Positions 50,717-62,355 of a stretch of 64,000 nt of DNA are shown here, piece after piece. The DNA is taken from positions 54,188,001 to 54,252,000 of the forward strand of contig NC_043012.1 of the NCBI RefSeq assembly GCF_006345805.1. The letters run 5' to 3'. The stretch is from Octopus sinensis. Taxonomy: Eukaryota. The position numbers were made by a program, and so were the translations under genes. The notes below the pieces were generated by a model. The model was not told where the DNA came from and did not search any database. It worked only from the letters and a program-made list of their open reading frames with translations. Position 1 is the first letter of the stretch, and every line of letters begins with the position of its first letter.

Positions 50717-51125
50717 TTCTTTTACTCTTTTACTTGTTTCAGTCATTTGACTGCGACCATGCTGGAGCACCGCCTTCAGTCGAGCAAATCGACCCCAGGA
50801 CTTATTCTTTGTAACCCTAGCACGTATTCTATCGGTCTTTTTTGTCAAACAGCTAAGTTACGGGAACGTAAACACACTACCATTGGTTGTCAAGCGATGC
50901 TGGGGGACAAACACAGACACACAAACACACACACACACATACACACGCACACAAACACACGCATATATACACATATATACGACGGGCTTCTTTCAGTTTC
51001 CGTCTACCAAATCCACTCACACGGCTTTGTAGTAGAAGACACTTGCCCAAGGTGCCACGAAGTGGCACTGAACCCATAACCATGTGGTTGGTAAGCAAGC
51101 TACTTACCACACAGCCACTCCTGCG

Positions 51126-51128
<3 letters not shown>
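50716..51128 (-). mobile_element. SINE family A, full length
   Basis: All family A modules present. Confidence 0.9.
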
Positions 51129-51164
<36 letters not shown>

Positions 51165-51236
51165 TATTTATATATGAATTATATGTATACAGGCGCCTAT
51201 ATATATATTTAATTAATATTCAGCAGAAACAACAGA

Positions 51237-51287
51237 GTTACTAGAAGGCCGAAAGTTTCGTGCGTCAGCACTTATCAAACTAGTTAC
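51237..51287 (-). ncRNA. Candidate hammerhead-like motif with U3:A8 core (helix III defective)
   Basis: GUAACUAG-U-UUGAUAA-GUGC-UGAC-GCAC-GAAA-CUUUCGGCCUU-CUAGUAAC; helix I 7/8, helix II 4/4. Confidence 0.45.
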
Positions 51288-51424
51288 AGCTAAAGGGATT
51301 CTGAATTTTGAGTTCCTTTGTTGCTTCTGCTAAATATCAATAAAAAATATATATAGGCTCGTTTTGAGTTCCATTTTTCATGCTAGCATCACCAAACCTC
51401 TCAAACCTCTCTCTTTCACACACA

Positions 51425-51471
<47 letters not shown>

Positions 51472-51488
51472 ATATTATATTATATATA

Positions 51489-51529
<41 letters not shown>

Positions 51530-51656
51530 TACTTTGATCTTATCCAAAAGATCGTATACATATATATATATTTATGCATATATATATGTGTGTATGGATA
51601 AAAAATATATATGCCAACAGTATATCGATATATATGTATACATACATACATATCTT

Positions 51657-51694
<38 letters not shown>

Positions 51695-51951
51695 ATATAC
51701 ATATATATATATGCGTATATACCTGTGTGTTTTTGGTACGTATGTATAAACACACATACACACGCGCGGAGTTTCAAAGATCCTAATGTGAGCGAAACTT
51801 CGGAGTCAATATCAAAATGCTTATAACTAAATATTTCCTTTTATAATACGTATTGAATTATTCATCAAATAATGTTTAAATTTCGTTTTAATGTCGATTT
51901 TTATAGATAAAAAGTTATGCATCTATATATATATATATACATATATATATA

Positions 51952-52353
51952 AAGGTGGCGAGCTGGCAGACACGTTAGCGCGCCGGGCGAAATGCTTAGC
52001 GGTATTTCGTCTGCCGTTACGTTCTGAGTTCAAGGTCGACTTTGCCTTTCATCGTTTCGGGGTCGATAAATTAAGTACCAGTTACGCACCGGGGTCGATA
52101 TAATCGACTTAATCGGTCTGTCTGTCATTTGTCTCCTCTGTGTTTAGCCCCTTGTGGGTAGTGAAGAAATAGGTATTTCGTCTGTCGTCACGTTCTGAGT
52201 TCAAATTCCGCTGAGGTCGACTTTGCCTTTCATCCTTTCGAGGTCGATAAATAAAGTACCAGTTTCGCACTGGGGTCGATGTAATCGACTTAATCCCTTT
52301 GTCTGTCCTTGTTTGTCCCCTCTATGTTTAGCCCCTTGTGGGCAATAAAGAAA
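51952..52353 (+). mobile_element. SINE family C, dimeric arrangement
   Basis: Head plus two tandem body units joined at AAGAAATA|GGTATTTCGTCTG. Confidence 0.87.
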
Positions 52354-52567
52354 TATATATATGTGTGTGTATGTGTGGATGTCTCTGCGTTTATCTGCAC
52401 AGGTATACATATGTATGTATACCCACACAACCATGTGTGATGTATATGTATGTATGTATGTTTGTATGTATGTATGATGCATGTATGTATGTATGTATGT
52501 ATGTATGTATGTATGTGTGCGTGTGTTCATAGATATAGATATATACATGTATACAAAGGCTGACAGG

Positions 52568-52628
<61 letters not shown>

Positions 52629-53432
52629 GTGCGTGTGTGTGTGTCTGTGTATGTATTATCCCGAATATTATTCTTACATAATCTATCGTAGTCATAATCT
52701 GTTCTGCAGATGTCGCTTCTTTATAGACTTTCTTCCTTAGAGGAAATTTTAATAAATAGCTATCCAAGCCTTGTCCGGCTGTCTGTGCATGTGTGTGTGT
52801 GTGTGTAAGTGCGTGTGTGTGTGTGATGCATGTGATGTGTGTGATGCGTGCGTGTGTGTGTGTGTGTGTGTGTATGTGTGTGTGTGTGTGTGCGTGCGTA
52901 CGTACGTACGTACGTACGAGAGAGGGTTTGAGAGAAAATGTAGGAATGCAGTGATGGAACCATTGTGACACGAGAAACGTTATGTACTGACAGACGACAA
53001 TTATGGTGGCGGACGACAGCTATGGAAACATACGACAGCTGTGGAAGCAGACGACAGCTAAACCATGTTGATAGATATAGCAAATGCATCGGGCAGTTTA
53101 TTTACTGCATAGACCTAAGTTAAATATTTGAATGAAGAAAAAAACGAATGGCTTAACAGATATTGGCAGATGAGTGGAAATGTTCTTATTCGGTTGATTG
53201 AATCGACCTTAATGTATTACTAGAATTCACTCCTTTGATTGTACGTTCATACAGCGGGGGTTTAAACCCATGATAATTATTTCTAACTTTGATAATGTAT
53301 AGTCACATTCATTATATGAATGATTCTTGCTTTTCGTCCTCCTCAGATTTGAACTTAAAACATGTGACGAAACTACATACCCTGAAGCATTTTATGTACC
53401 CCACTACAGTTCCGATAGCCATTTAAAAAAAA

Positions 53433-53480
<48 letters not shown>

Positions 53481-54079
53481 CATTTCAACTATAGGCACAA
53501 GGCCTGAAATTTAAGTGGAGCGGGTAGGTTAAATACATCGACTCCAGTACTTCACTGATACTTAATTTACTGACCCCGAAAGGATGAACGGCAAAGCTGA
53601 CCTCGGCGGAATTTGAACTCAGAACGTAAAGGCGTGCGAAATACCGTTAAACATTTTACCCGGGGTGCTATCGATTCTGCCACGTCTAAACACCGGTGTC
53701 TCAGAATGATATGTGCAAATGACCCGAGTGTTGAACAACATATGGCCGTCGTAAAAGTTATTCTTCTGTGACTTAGCAAAAGAGACATATAGAATAAGTA
53801 CCAGGCTTACAAAGAATAAGTCCTGCGGTCGATTTGCTCGACTGAAGGTGGTGCTCCAGCATGGCCACAGTCAAATGACTGAAACAAGTAAAAGATGAAA
53901 GATAAAGAGGTGTGGTTGTGTGTTTCTCAGTCACATTTCCGGTTTCAGTCTTACATTGCGAGGCACTTGGGCAAGTGTCTTCTAACTATAGCTCCGGGCC
54001 AATCAAAACCTCGTGAGTAGGTTAAGTAGACAGAAACTGCAAGAAGCTTGTCGTGTAGTAGTGTGTACATATATATATA

Positions 54080-54727
54080 CATGATGGCTGCCCCTCGTTA
54101 TCGAGTATGGCCATTGCACGAAGCTTAACTGTTATTGGTGCTGTGATCGAATGTGACTTTTATTTTCTTTTTAAGGCCATTCAGCCATTCAGTTGATACT
54201 CACAGCACCATCAACAATCATGAACAATGTTGTTCTCGTGCAATGCCTGTGCAAGAAGATTTTTTTTAAGTGAGGAAAGGCTGTGCACTGAGTCAATTCC
54301 ACTCACTAAGCAACAGCAGCCATAATCCGAAAAGAAGAACAAGTCAACATCATCGGTAACCACTGAGCCGCAGGTTTTATTTCGGAGTTATCCCAGTTAC
54401 CTGAGTTGCCTTCTCCTTGAAGGATGCCCTAACAAAGGCTAGGAGTCTTTCACTCCCAATGGTTTAACCGCGCGATCGGGTATTCAGTCCGATTATTTCC
54501 ATGTCCCCGCGCATGATACATCGTTAAGACATTTATTGGATGGCCGTTGACTCTCAAGAGTTCCTCCGCCCTTTGACGGGTTTTGTTTTTCATCCCGCAG
54601 GGTGTCCAATAAACACCCTCCTCACCAAGCAAGCTTGGTGGGGTTGCCGGTTTAGTCGCCGACGGCCCGACCATGCAACAGGTTGTACTGGGTTACATAT
54701 TACCAGTAGCACTCAAAAGTGACCTGA
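54080..54727 (-). mobile_element. Non-coding interspersed element H, copy 2
   Basis: Homologous to 24881-25496; same termini CATGATGGCTGCCCC and GTGACCTGA. Confidence 0.8.
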
Positions 54728-54731
54728 AATA

Positions 54732-54797
<66 letters not shown>

Positions 54798-56129
54798 TGT
54801 GTGTGTGTGTGTGCATATGCATGTCAATATATATCTGCGAATCTGTGTGTGCATGTGTATGTGTGTGTATGTGTCTTTGTGTTTGTCCACCATCACCACT
54901 TCACAATTGTTGTTGGTTTGTATGCATCCTTGTAACTTAGCGGTTCGGCCTAAAAGACCGATAGAACAAGTACCAGACTTTAAAAATATATAAGCACATA
55001 GAAGTAAACACTTCGGTAAGAAAGACACCCATGTTTGTTGAATTAAATCCTGTTTGCCAAATTTTGCACGGAAATTACAGGGTTCGATTCATTCCACTAA
55101 AATCATTCAAAGTGGTGTTCCAGCATGGCTGAAGTCACGTGATTGGAACAAATGGAAAATAAACGATGAAAGAATTCAAGAAATATGCTACAAATTAAAT
55201 TTCTAAATAATGGGGTTGAAATCTAAATACGAATTTCAAAAGACTTCATTACTGAGAAGTAAGCTGACCAAGTGTAAAAACTTCATATTTCAAAACAGAG
55301 CAAGCTAAACTACAGGAAAAACTCCATTTCTCAAACGGAACGAGCTGGCCAGCTAGAAGCCATATGTTGGGAAAATGTGACTACTATATCATCTGAAACA
55401 TTCTAATCTGAAGCTAAGTGCCAAAATAACATAATACATTACTTGACAAATTTTACATTTACTTAAATATGCGTTGTATAGGTTTCTGTTGGCTCGTTTA
55501 TCAAAGAAAAATGACATTCCTAAAAGCTTTGTCGACGTTTGGAAAAATAACCAATGCTCTCGACCCTAAAACTGATCATTTTGCAATATTTCTTCTAAGC
55601 AATGTGGGTGTATTTGGAGGAAATCTCTAAACATCGATCGATCATAAATCTTTTGTCCACGACAAAGCTTGAACTAAGTTCTTACACATTGATTTCACTG
55701 TACATTGTTTGAAAGAGATAACCAAACTTTTATTTCGTTGTTTTTCTTTTGTGGCTAGAAACGCGATTATCTGTATTATATGCCATTTTTTTATCCTGAA
55801 AAGGAAATCGATAAACGCCCTCAAATCACCTGTAATTTACGTGTAAGATTTGGCAAACACCATTCAATTCAACAAACATTGCTGTCTTTCTTACCGACAT
55901 CTCGACTTCAGTGTATTAAGTTGTTCTTGTTATTTTATATTTTTGTTTGTTATCTTGTATGTATGTGTGTGATATATCTAAGTTTTAGAAGTATAGAGAC
56001 ATAATAATGTTCGTTTTCAAAACTGAATGTGTACGGAAAGTAAAACCGCGTCCGAGTCAAAAAATTATTTGGCTGAGAAAACATGCGCGTTAAGTAATAG
56101 ACACATTGATTCATATTAGAAAATAAACC

Positions 56130-56160
56130 ATCATCATTATTATTATTATTATTATTATTA

Positions 56161-56195
<35 letters not shown>

Positions 56196-56202
56196 GTTAT
56201 TA

Positions 56203-56243
<41 letters not shown>

Positions 56244-56290
56244 CATCATCATTATCATTATCATTATTATCATTATTATTATTTTTATTA

Positions 56291-56323
<33 letters not shown>

Positions 56324-56360
56324 CATCATCATCATCATTATCATTATATTATTATTATGA
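56130..56360. repeat. (ATT)n/(ATC)n microsatellite
   Basis: Directly visible. Confidence 0.95.
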
Positions 56361-56792
56361 GTGAGAGAGCAGTTCATGCCATCAAAGTGACACTAGGGTA
56401 AAATATACGAAGCCCAATATACCCATCATGACTACCCGTCTGATAAAGGTACACAGGCACATGCATCACAACCATATGTGCGCGACATGGTGATCTCATA
56501 TCAAGATAAACAGCACATGACCTTGCAGGTGGCGCCCAGTTAGAATTTTCTTCAGGTTGAGTAGCCCATCCTGCAAAAGGTCCTGAATAAGGTTGTTTAA
56601 GGATGTTGAAAGAACCACCCATGTTTCCAGAGGTGAATTATTCAAACCCCAAAGAATCCCTCTCAACACATGGCTATGATGCTCCCCCACTACTTCTGCT
56701 CGTGATCAGAGATGCACATATCGTCAGCCACTAAGGGACATGCTCAACTGTTTAAGGTCAAACAACTGACAAGCAAATCTGTGGTATTGAGC

Positions 56793-56795
<3 letters not shown>
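56360..56795 (-). mobile_element. Probable non-autonomous retroelement with (TAA)n tail
   Basis: Complex non-coding block bounded by (ATT)n on both sides; single copy here, so family status rests on recall rather than on the window. Confidence 0.45.
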
Positions 56796-56829
<34 letters not shown>

Positions 56830-57944
56830 GGTTGGTGAGCTGGTAGAATTGTTAGAGCATCAGACAAAATGCCTTCCGGCTCTTTACGCTCTTAGTTCAG
56901 ATCACATCATGGTCAACTTTGTCTTTCATAAAATACCAGTCGAGTATTGGGGTCCAATGTAATCAACTAACCCGCTCGCCCTAAAATCGTTAGCCTTGTA
57001 CCAAATATTTGAAACCTTAATTAGTAGGTCGTTGTTATTCTTTTTCGTTCACTCATGATTTCGGTCTTATTCTGCCGGTATTGGATCGCTAAACATCAAG
57101 TTGCACCCTTCAACTTTACTTGTGTAACATCTTTCTTATTGTCCTTCTTGTGTCAAATAAACAAACTTTCTGTAGTGGCAGGAAATTCACCTCTATACCC
57201 AACGTCTTCGACCAATGATTCTTTGAACTGTTCCTAAGGCTCCTATTATAATTGAGATAATGGTAACCTTACTTGTGTAACACTTTTCTTATTGTCCTTC
57301 TTGTGTCAAACAAACAAACTTTCTGTAAAGGCAGGAAATTCACCTTGATACCCAACATCTTCGACCAATGATTCAAACTAAGGCTCCTATTATAATTGAG
57401 ATAATGCTAACATTACGCCGATTCCAGATTGTATTGTAGTTTAGATCCTGGTATTTTCTGTTTTGCGTTCTTCATCTAAATTTTAATCAAACGAGAAAGC
57501 AACATTGATTAAGCCACTCTTTCCTCTTCATTGAGTTCAATATCTGAACGGGAATAGTCTCTCTGTTAGTCAGTATGAAGATTCACATCCCATAATACTT
57601 TTACAGTGTCTTTTCGAAGATGTGTTCTGTTTTTATAGTCGTATCGTTTATCCATGTGTTCAAATTCATATTTTTCACAGATTTTCAAATGCATGATTTT
57701 AGTCATCTAGCCATTTTTCCAGGTCTTGTAGATCCTATGAACAAGCATTTTACATTCAGAGGTTATACCCGCAACCACCTCTGCTCTTTTAATCAAACAC
57801 TCTCCATTTAGCGAGATATCTTCCTTATCTATATACATCCTGTTGTACGTTGCTTAATTCTACGCAGCTAGAAGCAAGTTATCATTCTTTAGCACTCACT
57901 TCATTAGCTGTGAAAATGACTTCTGATTTTAATACCGTTGAGTA

Positions 57945-58376
57945 CTTTACTTTTTACTTTTTACTTTTTACTCTTTTACTTGTTTCAGTCAGTTGATTGT
58001 GGTCATACTAGAGCACCGCCTTTAGTCGAGCAAATTTACCCCAGGACTTATTCTTTGTAAGCCTAGTACTTATTCTAACGGTCTCTTTTTCCGAACCGCT
58101 AGTCACGGGGACGTAAACACACCAGCATCAGTTGTCAAGCGATGTTGTGGGGACAAACACAGACGAACAAACGTATACACACACACACACACATACATAT
58201 ATATATATGCATATATACGACGGGATTCTTTCAGTTTCCGTCTACCAAATCCTCTCACAAGGTTTTGGTCGGCCCGAGGTTATAGTAGAAGAAACTTGCC
58301 CAAGGTGCCACGCAGTGGGACTGAACCCGGAACCATGTGGTTCGTAAGCAAGCTACTTACCACACAGCCACTCCTA
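57945..58376 (-). mobile_element. SINE family A nested in the R4-type element
   Basis: Full family A copy. Confidence 0.9.
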
Positions 58377-59014
58377 AGCCTTCTAAACTTTTATTTCTCG
58401 TAAACTTTTATTTTCGTATCAATATTTTTCTGTTCCTTGACCTAATGTAATCTCTTTTTTTACTGCTATCAAAAATACCTCTCTACTGTCAGCAATGTAC
58501 TTCCTTAACCTCTCTTCTTCTACTTGCACAGTTTTCCTCCATTCTTTCAGTTATGATAGAAGCTGTGTGTGTATACCCAGTAATTTCCTTTACAGGGTCT
58601 TTTCGAGGATGTGTTCTGCTTTCAAAGTCGTATCATTTATCCATGTGTTCAACTCCATATTTTTTACAGATTTTCAAATGCATAGTTTTAGTCACCTAGC
58701 TATTTTTCCAGTTCTTGTAGATCCTATGAACAAGCATTTTACATTCAGAAGCTATAATTTCCTTGTTATTCTCTGAAAGTTCTCAAAGTTTTTTGTTCAT
58801 TTGATTACTCTGGTGCTGTAGCTAATGATGGACATGGCTCTTGAATTTATGGCACGAATGGGATTTATGTCACTGAGTTTGAATTTTAATCTTGTCCTTC
58901 GAAAATGTTCTCTCTTGACCTTATCTTCCATTGCTCTATCCCAAATACAATCAATATCCAAACTTTCCAAATATTTATCTGTACAAAACACCCGTATCTT
59001 GTTCAGAAGACTTA

Positions 59015-59228
59015 CGAGTGAGTGTTGAAAAGTTCTGGGCTTCAAGAATATCGCGAAAAGCCTGGTTAGAGGCCCAACCTTCAGAGTTCTTTTACAGGGT
59101 TTAGAAAAACCGAAGGACCGCTGCAACAAGTGTGATTCTGAGAAGGTAATATGTTGGATAAAGTCGTAATTAACTAATCCTCCTGTATTTTCTTTTACCC
59201 AAAGCCAAGAATCTTCAGCAGCCCTTTG
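59015..59228 (+). mobile_element. Mariner-derived MITE nested in the R4-type RT
   Basis: Imperfect TIRs CGAGTGAGTGTTGAAAAGTTCTGGGCTT / AAAGCCAAGAATCTTCAGCAGCCCTTTG, TA on both sides; interior KDRCNKC..LR...YVG* resembles a transposase C-terminus. Confidence 0.7.
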
Positions 59229-59597
59229 TAGTCTTCTACTTTTATAGTATTTGTCTTTCTTCGTTACAAAAATTCGCTGCGAAAAAATACCAAATTCCAT
59301 CTTGGCGCCATTGCTAATCCATCCCACAGTACTGAGAACGGTATCCAGTTCCCTCTATGTATCATTGTATAGCTTTACATCGTCCAGTAATAGCAAGTAG
59401 TTAACTATCTTTTCCTCTTTTCTTGGTCGTCAATATTTCGCAAGATGTTGACGAAAAAACAATCTCAGCTTTGTCCCCTGTAGTATATGTTGTAATTTTC
59501 TTGAGTGTTTCTTTATCGAGGTTCTCATTACTGTTATTACTGTCGCTGCTTTTGCTGTTGTTTTTACTTGCTGCCCCCGCCGCCACTTCTGCTGCTG

Positions 59598-60022
59598 TGT
59601 TAAGCGAAGCGAAGCTGTTAAACGAAGCGAAGCTGTTAAACGAAGCGAAGCTGTTAACGAAGCGAAGCTGTTAAGCGAAGCGGTCTTCGGGAGAAGTCCG
59701 AATCGTGGTCCTTTGCTATTCGTAAGACCCGCAGAAGAGAAGGCAGGTCAACCCCCGACACCGAGAGCATCGACGGATGGATGAATGCGCATCCAGGCTC
59801 AGCGGTTGCGTAGGAAGTCGGGGACAAGAAACAGGAAGAAAGAGTGAGAGAAAGTTGGAGCAAAAGAGAACAATAGGGGTCGCCACCACCCCCTGCTGGA
59901 GCCTCGTGGAGCTTTAGGTGTTTTCGCTCAATAAACACACACAACGCCCGGTCTGGGAATCGAAACCGCGATCCTCCGATCGTGAGTCCGCTGCCCTAAC
60001 CACTGGACCATTGCGCCTCCAC
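59598..60022 (-). mobile_element. SINE family B (tail variant 5) with 60-bp TSD and 18-bp tandem terminal repeats
   Basis: Family B head at 60022; tail ends in about 4 copies of (CGAAGCGAAGCTGTTAAA); direct repeats at 59538-97 and 60023-82. Confidence 0.9.
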
Positions 60023-60913
60023 TACTGTCGCTGCTTTCGCTGTTGTTTTTACTTGTTGCCCACGCCGCCACTTCTGCTGCTGCTCCTTACTGAGACGAGC
60101 AGACGTTTCTGCCAGAGCTCCGCAAAAAAAATTATTCTAAACTGGATTACCTTGCAAACAAAATTTTTATTTTCTTTGTTCATTAAGAGAAGATTTTCGG
60201 TTTTTCTGAGGCCCCACCTCATTACCTGAAATAGAAGAAAGTTTTGTCTTTAGAAATGTTCAACCATTTATATATTTTTGGCAAATAACCATTGGTGTTG
60301 TTAGTTATGATTCAAAATGGCCTCAGACCTAGAAGCGAGAGGTGCTCGCCAGAGTGGTGGTAACAGTTTCTGTAATGACGAAGACAAACACACCTCAAAA
60401 TTATTTTGAACTGAAGAGCTGAATTAAAAAAGAAAGCAGACAGTGAAAAAAAAATCCAATAAACAGAGCTCCAAGTTTAAATAATGCTGCTCAAAGGAAG
60501 AAAGGAAAACACGAAATAGAAAAATGTTGGAAATATTAATTTGAATAGAGAAAAAAAAACTCCGAATAACAACAATGGCGGCGATGGCGGCGACGGTGAC
60601 AACCACGACAACGACGACAGCGACACCAAAGACAAGAAAACAACGACGACAATGACGATGATGATGACAACGACAGCATCATGAAATCGTTGTGATTCAA
60701 AAACAGAGTGACATGAGCCAGTCCAAGGTAAAAAAAAAATATGGAATGGATGAGATATGTCGAGAAAGACAATGGTTCTTTGTCCGTAGAATTTGGCAAG
60801 GATTGGGCGAGGTGGAAGATAACATATCTCTAGTTTTCAAAAGATTGGAGAATTTCCATATGCTTTCGAAAGAAATGTTTATGCAAACTCTGGCCGACTT
60901 ATGGAAGGATGTA

Positions 60914-61479
60914 TTGGGTTGTCTGGAAAGTTCGTGCCGATTTTTAAAGGAAAGAAAAAGGTCAATAAATACTTGCCATTAGATTTTTAATTAACCAAAT
61001 ATGAACCATTTTGTTGCACAATGTGTCTCCAGCTTTCCTTTAACTTGAAAATACCCTCTTCCCAGAATTCAGGTGGTTTCATGGCAAAGAATTCATCAAG
61101 GTATCTTTTTACGTCATCCAAGGAATTGTAATTTTTACCATTCAGACTATTCTGCAGAGACCTGAATAAGTGGAAATCTGAAGGAGCAATATCTGGTGAA
61201 TATGGAGGGTGGGGTATCACATCCCAGCCGAGCTGCAGCAATTTTTGTCTGGTTCCCAAAGCATCAAGTGCCGAAAATGAACTTTGTTATCTTCCATTTT
61301 GAAGGGTTACAGAATTAACACAGATTATAGGAACATAAACCTTATTCCACGAAAAGATAGCTTAAACTGTGCTCTAAATGGAGGTGTAGTCAAATCCTAT
61401 TTTATGGACTCAACCATGTTCTAAAATAAGTCGAAAGTTAAGCTACTATAAATTGGCACGAACTTTCCAGACAACCCAA
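60914..61479 (-). mobile_element. Internally deleted mariner (mellifera/cecropia-like), 566 bp
   Basis: TIR TTGGGTTGTCTGGAAAGTTCGTGCC(G/A)ATTT at both ends with TA TSDs; MEDNKVHFRHLML fused out of frame to GTRQKLLQLGWDVIPHPPYSPDIAPSDFHLFRSLQNSLNGK...GSYLVN*. Confidence 0.95.
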
Positions 61480-61619
61480 TATATTCTCTGACTGGGGCAG
61501 GACATACGGAAGTGTGTGCCAAGTCTTTAAGATCGAGAATCAGGCGTCGAAGCAGGCGGAGCTAGAGTGTGACATACCTGCACTTAGTTCACATTTTGCT
61601 TCCACCTCACGTGAATACC

Positions 61620-61922
61620 AGAAAACTGGTACTCCGTCGGTTACGACGACGAACGTTTCACTTGATCCGATTAACCGAACAGCTTGCTTGTGAAATGAAT
61701 GTGCACTCCACACTCCACAGACACGCGTGCTCTTAACGTATTTCTCATAGAGATTCCGTGTGACACAGAATGTGCCAAAGCTGGCATTTTGAATTACGGG
61801 TACAACTCATTTTTGCCAGCTGAGTGGACTTCAGCAACGTAAAATAAATGGACACAATGCGCTGCGTGGAATTGAACTCACGGCCTTACAATCGTGAGCC
61901 GAATACTCTGACCACTAAGCCA
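61620..61922 (-). mobile_element. CORE-like tRNA SINE (tail variant E)
   Basis: Head GGCTTAGTGGTCAGAG..GAGTTCAATTCC; tail homologous to 16070-16330. Confidence 0.78.
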
Positions 61923-61967
61923 AACACCTTCCGGGTCCAAGGAATAAAAGACTCTCAAACAGAGAAG

Positions 61968-62355
61968 TGTAGGAGTGGTTGTGTAATGAGCAGCTTGCTT
62001 ACCAGCCACATGGTTCCAGGTTCAGTCTCAATGCGTGGCACCTTGGGCAGGTGTCTTCTACTATAGCCTCAGGCTGACCAAAGCCTTGTGAGTGGATTTG
62101 GTAGACGGAAACTGAAAGAAGCTCGTCGTATATATGTATATGTGTGTGTATGTGTGTGTGGGGGGTGTATGTTTCTGTGTTTGTGTTTGCCCCCCAATAT
62201 CGCTTAACAACCGATGCTGGTGTGTTTACGTTCCCGCAACTTAACGGTTCGGCAAGAGAGACCGATAGAATAAGTACTAGGCTTACAAAGAATAAGACGG
62301 TGCTCCAGCATGGCTGCAGTCAAATGACTGAAACATGTAAGAGAGTAAAAGAGTA
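61968..62355 (+). mobile_element. SINE family A, full length
   Basis: All family A modules present; internal deletion in the tail. Confidence 0.9.

Larger units (their letters stand above)
57030..59400 (-). mobile_element. R4/Dong-clade non-LTR retrotransposon (RT end, Zn finger, REL endonuclease), decayed and rearranged
   Basis: Minus-strand remnants LLDDVKLY, MEFG, DKYL...KVKREHFRRTR...AINSRAMSIISYS, ITSECKMLVHRIYK...HLKICEKY, VLWDVNLHTD...SDI, IIIGAL, LQKVCLFDTRRTIRKVL*. Confidence 0.82.

Noticed and set aside
53332-53348. CTGAGGA..GAAA on the minus strand as a hammerhead
   Set aside because: Helix II is only GGAC with no stem, and there are no flanking helices.
59598-59686. CRISPR-like short direct repeats
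   Set aside because: Repeats are contiguous with no spacers, the context is eukaryotic, and there are no cas genes.
60317-60361. Possible first coding exon MASDLEARGARQSG with GTAACA donor
   Set aside because: Too short to distinguish from chance, and no promoter evidence.
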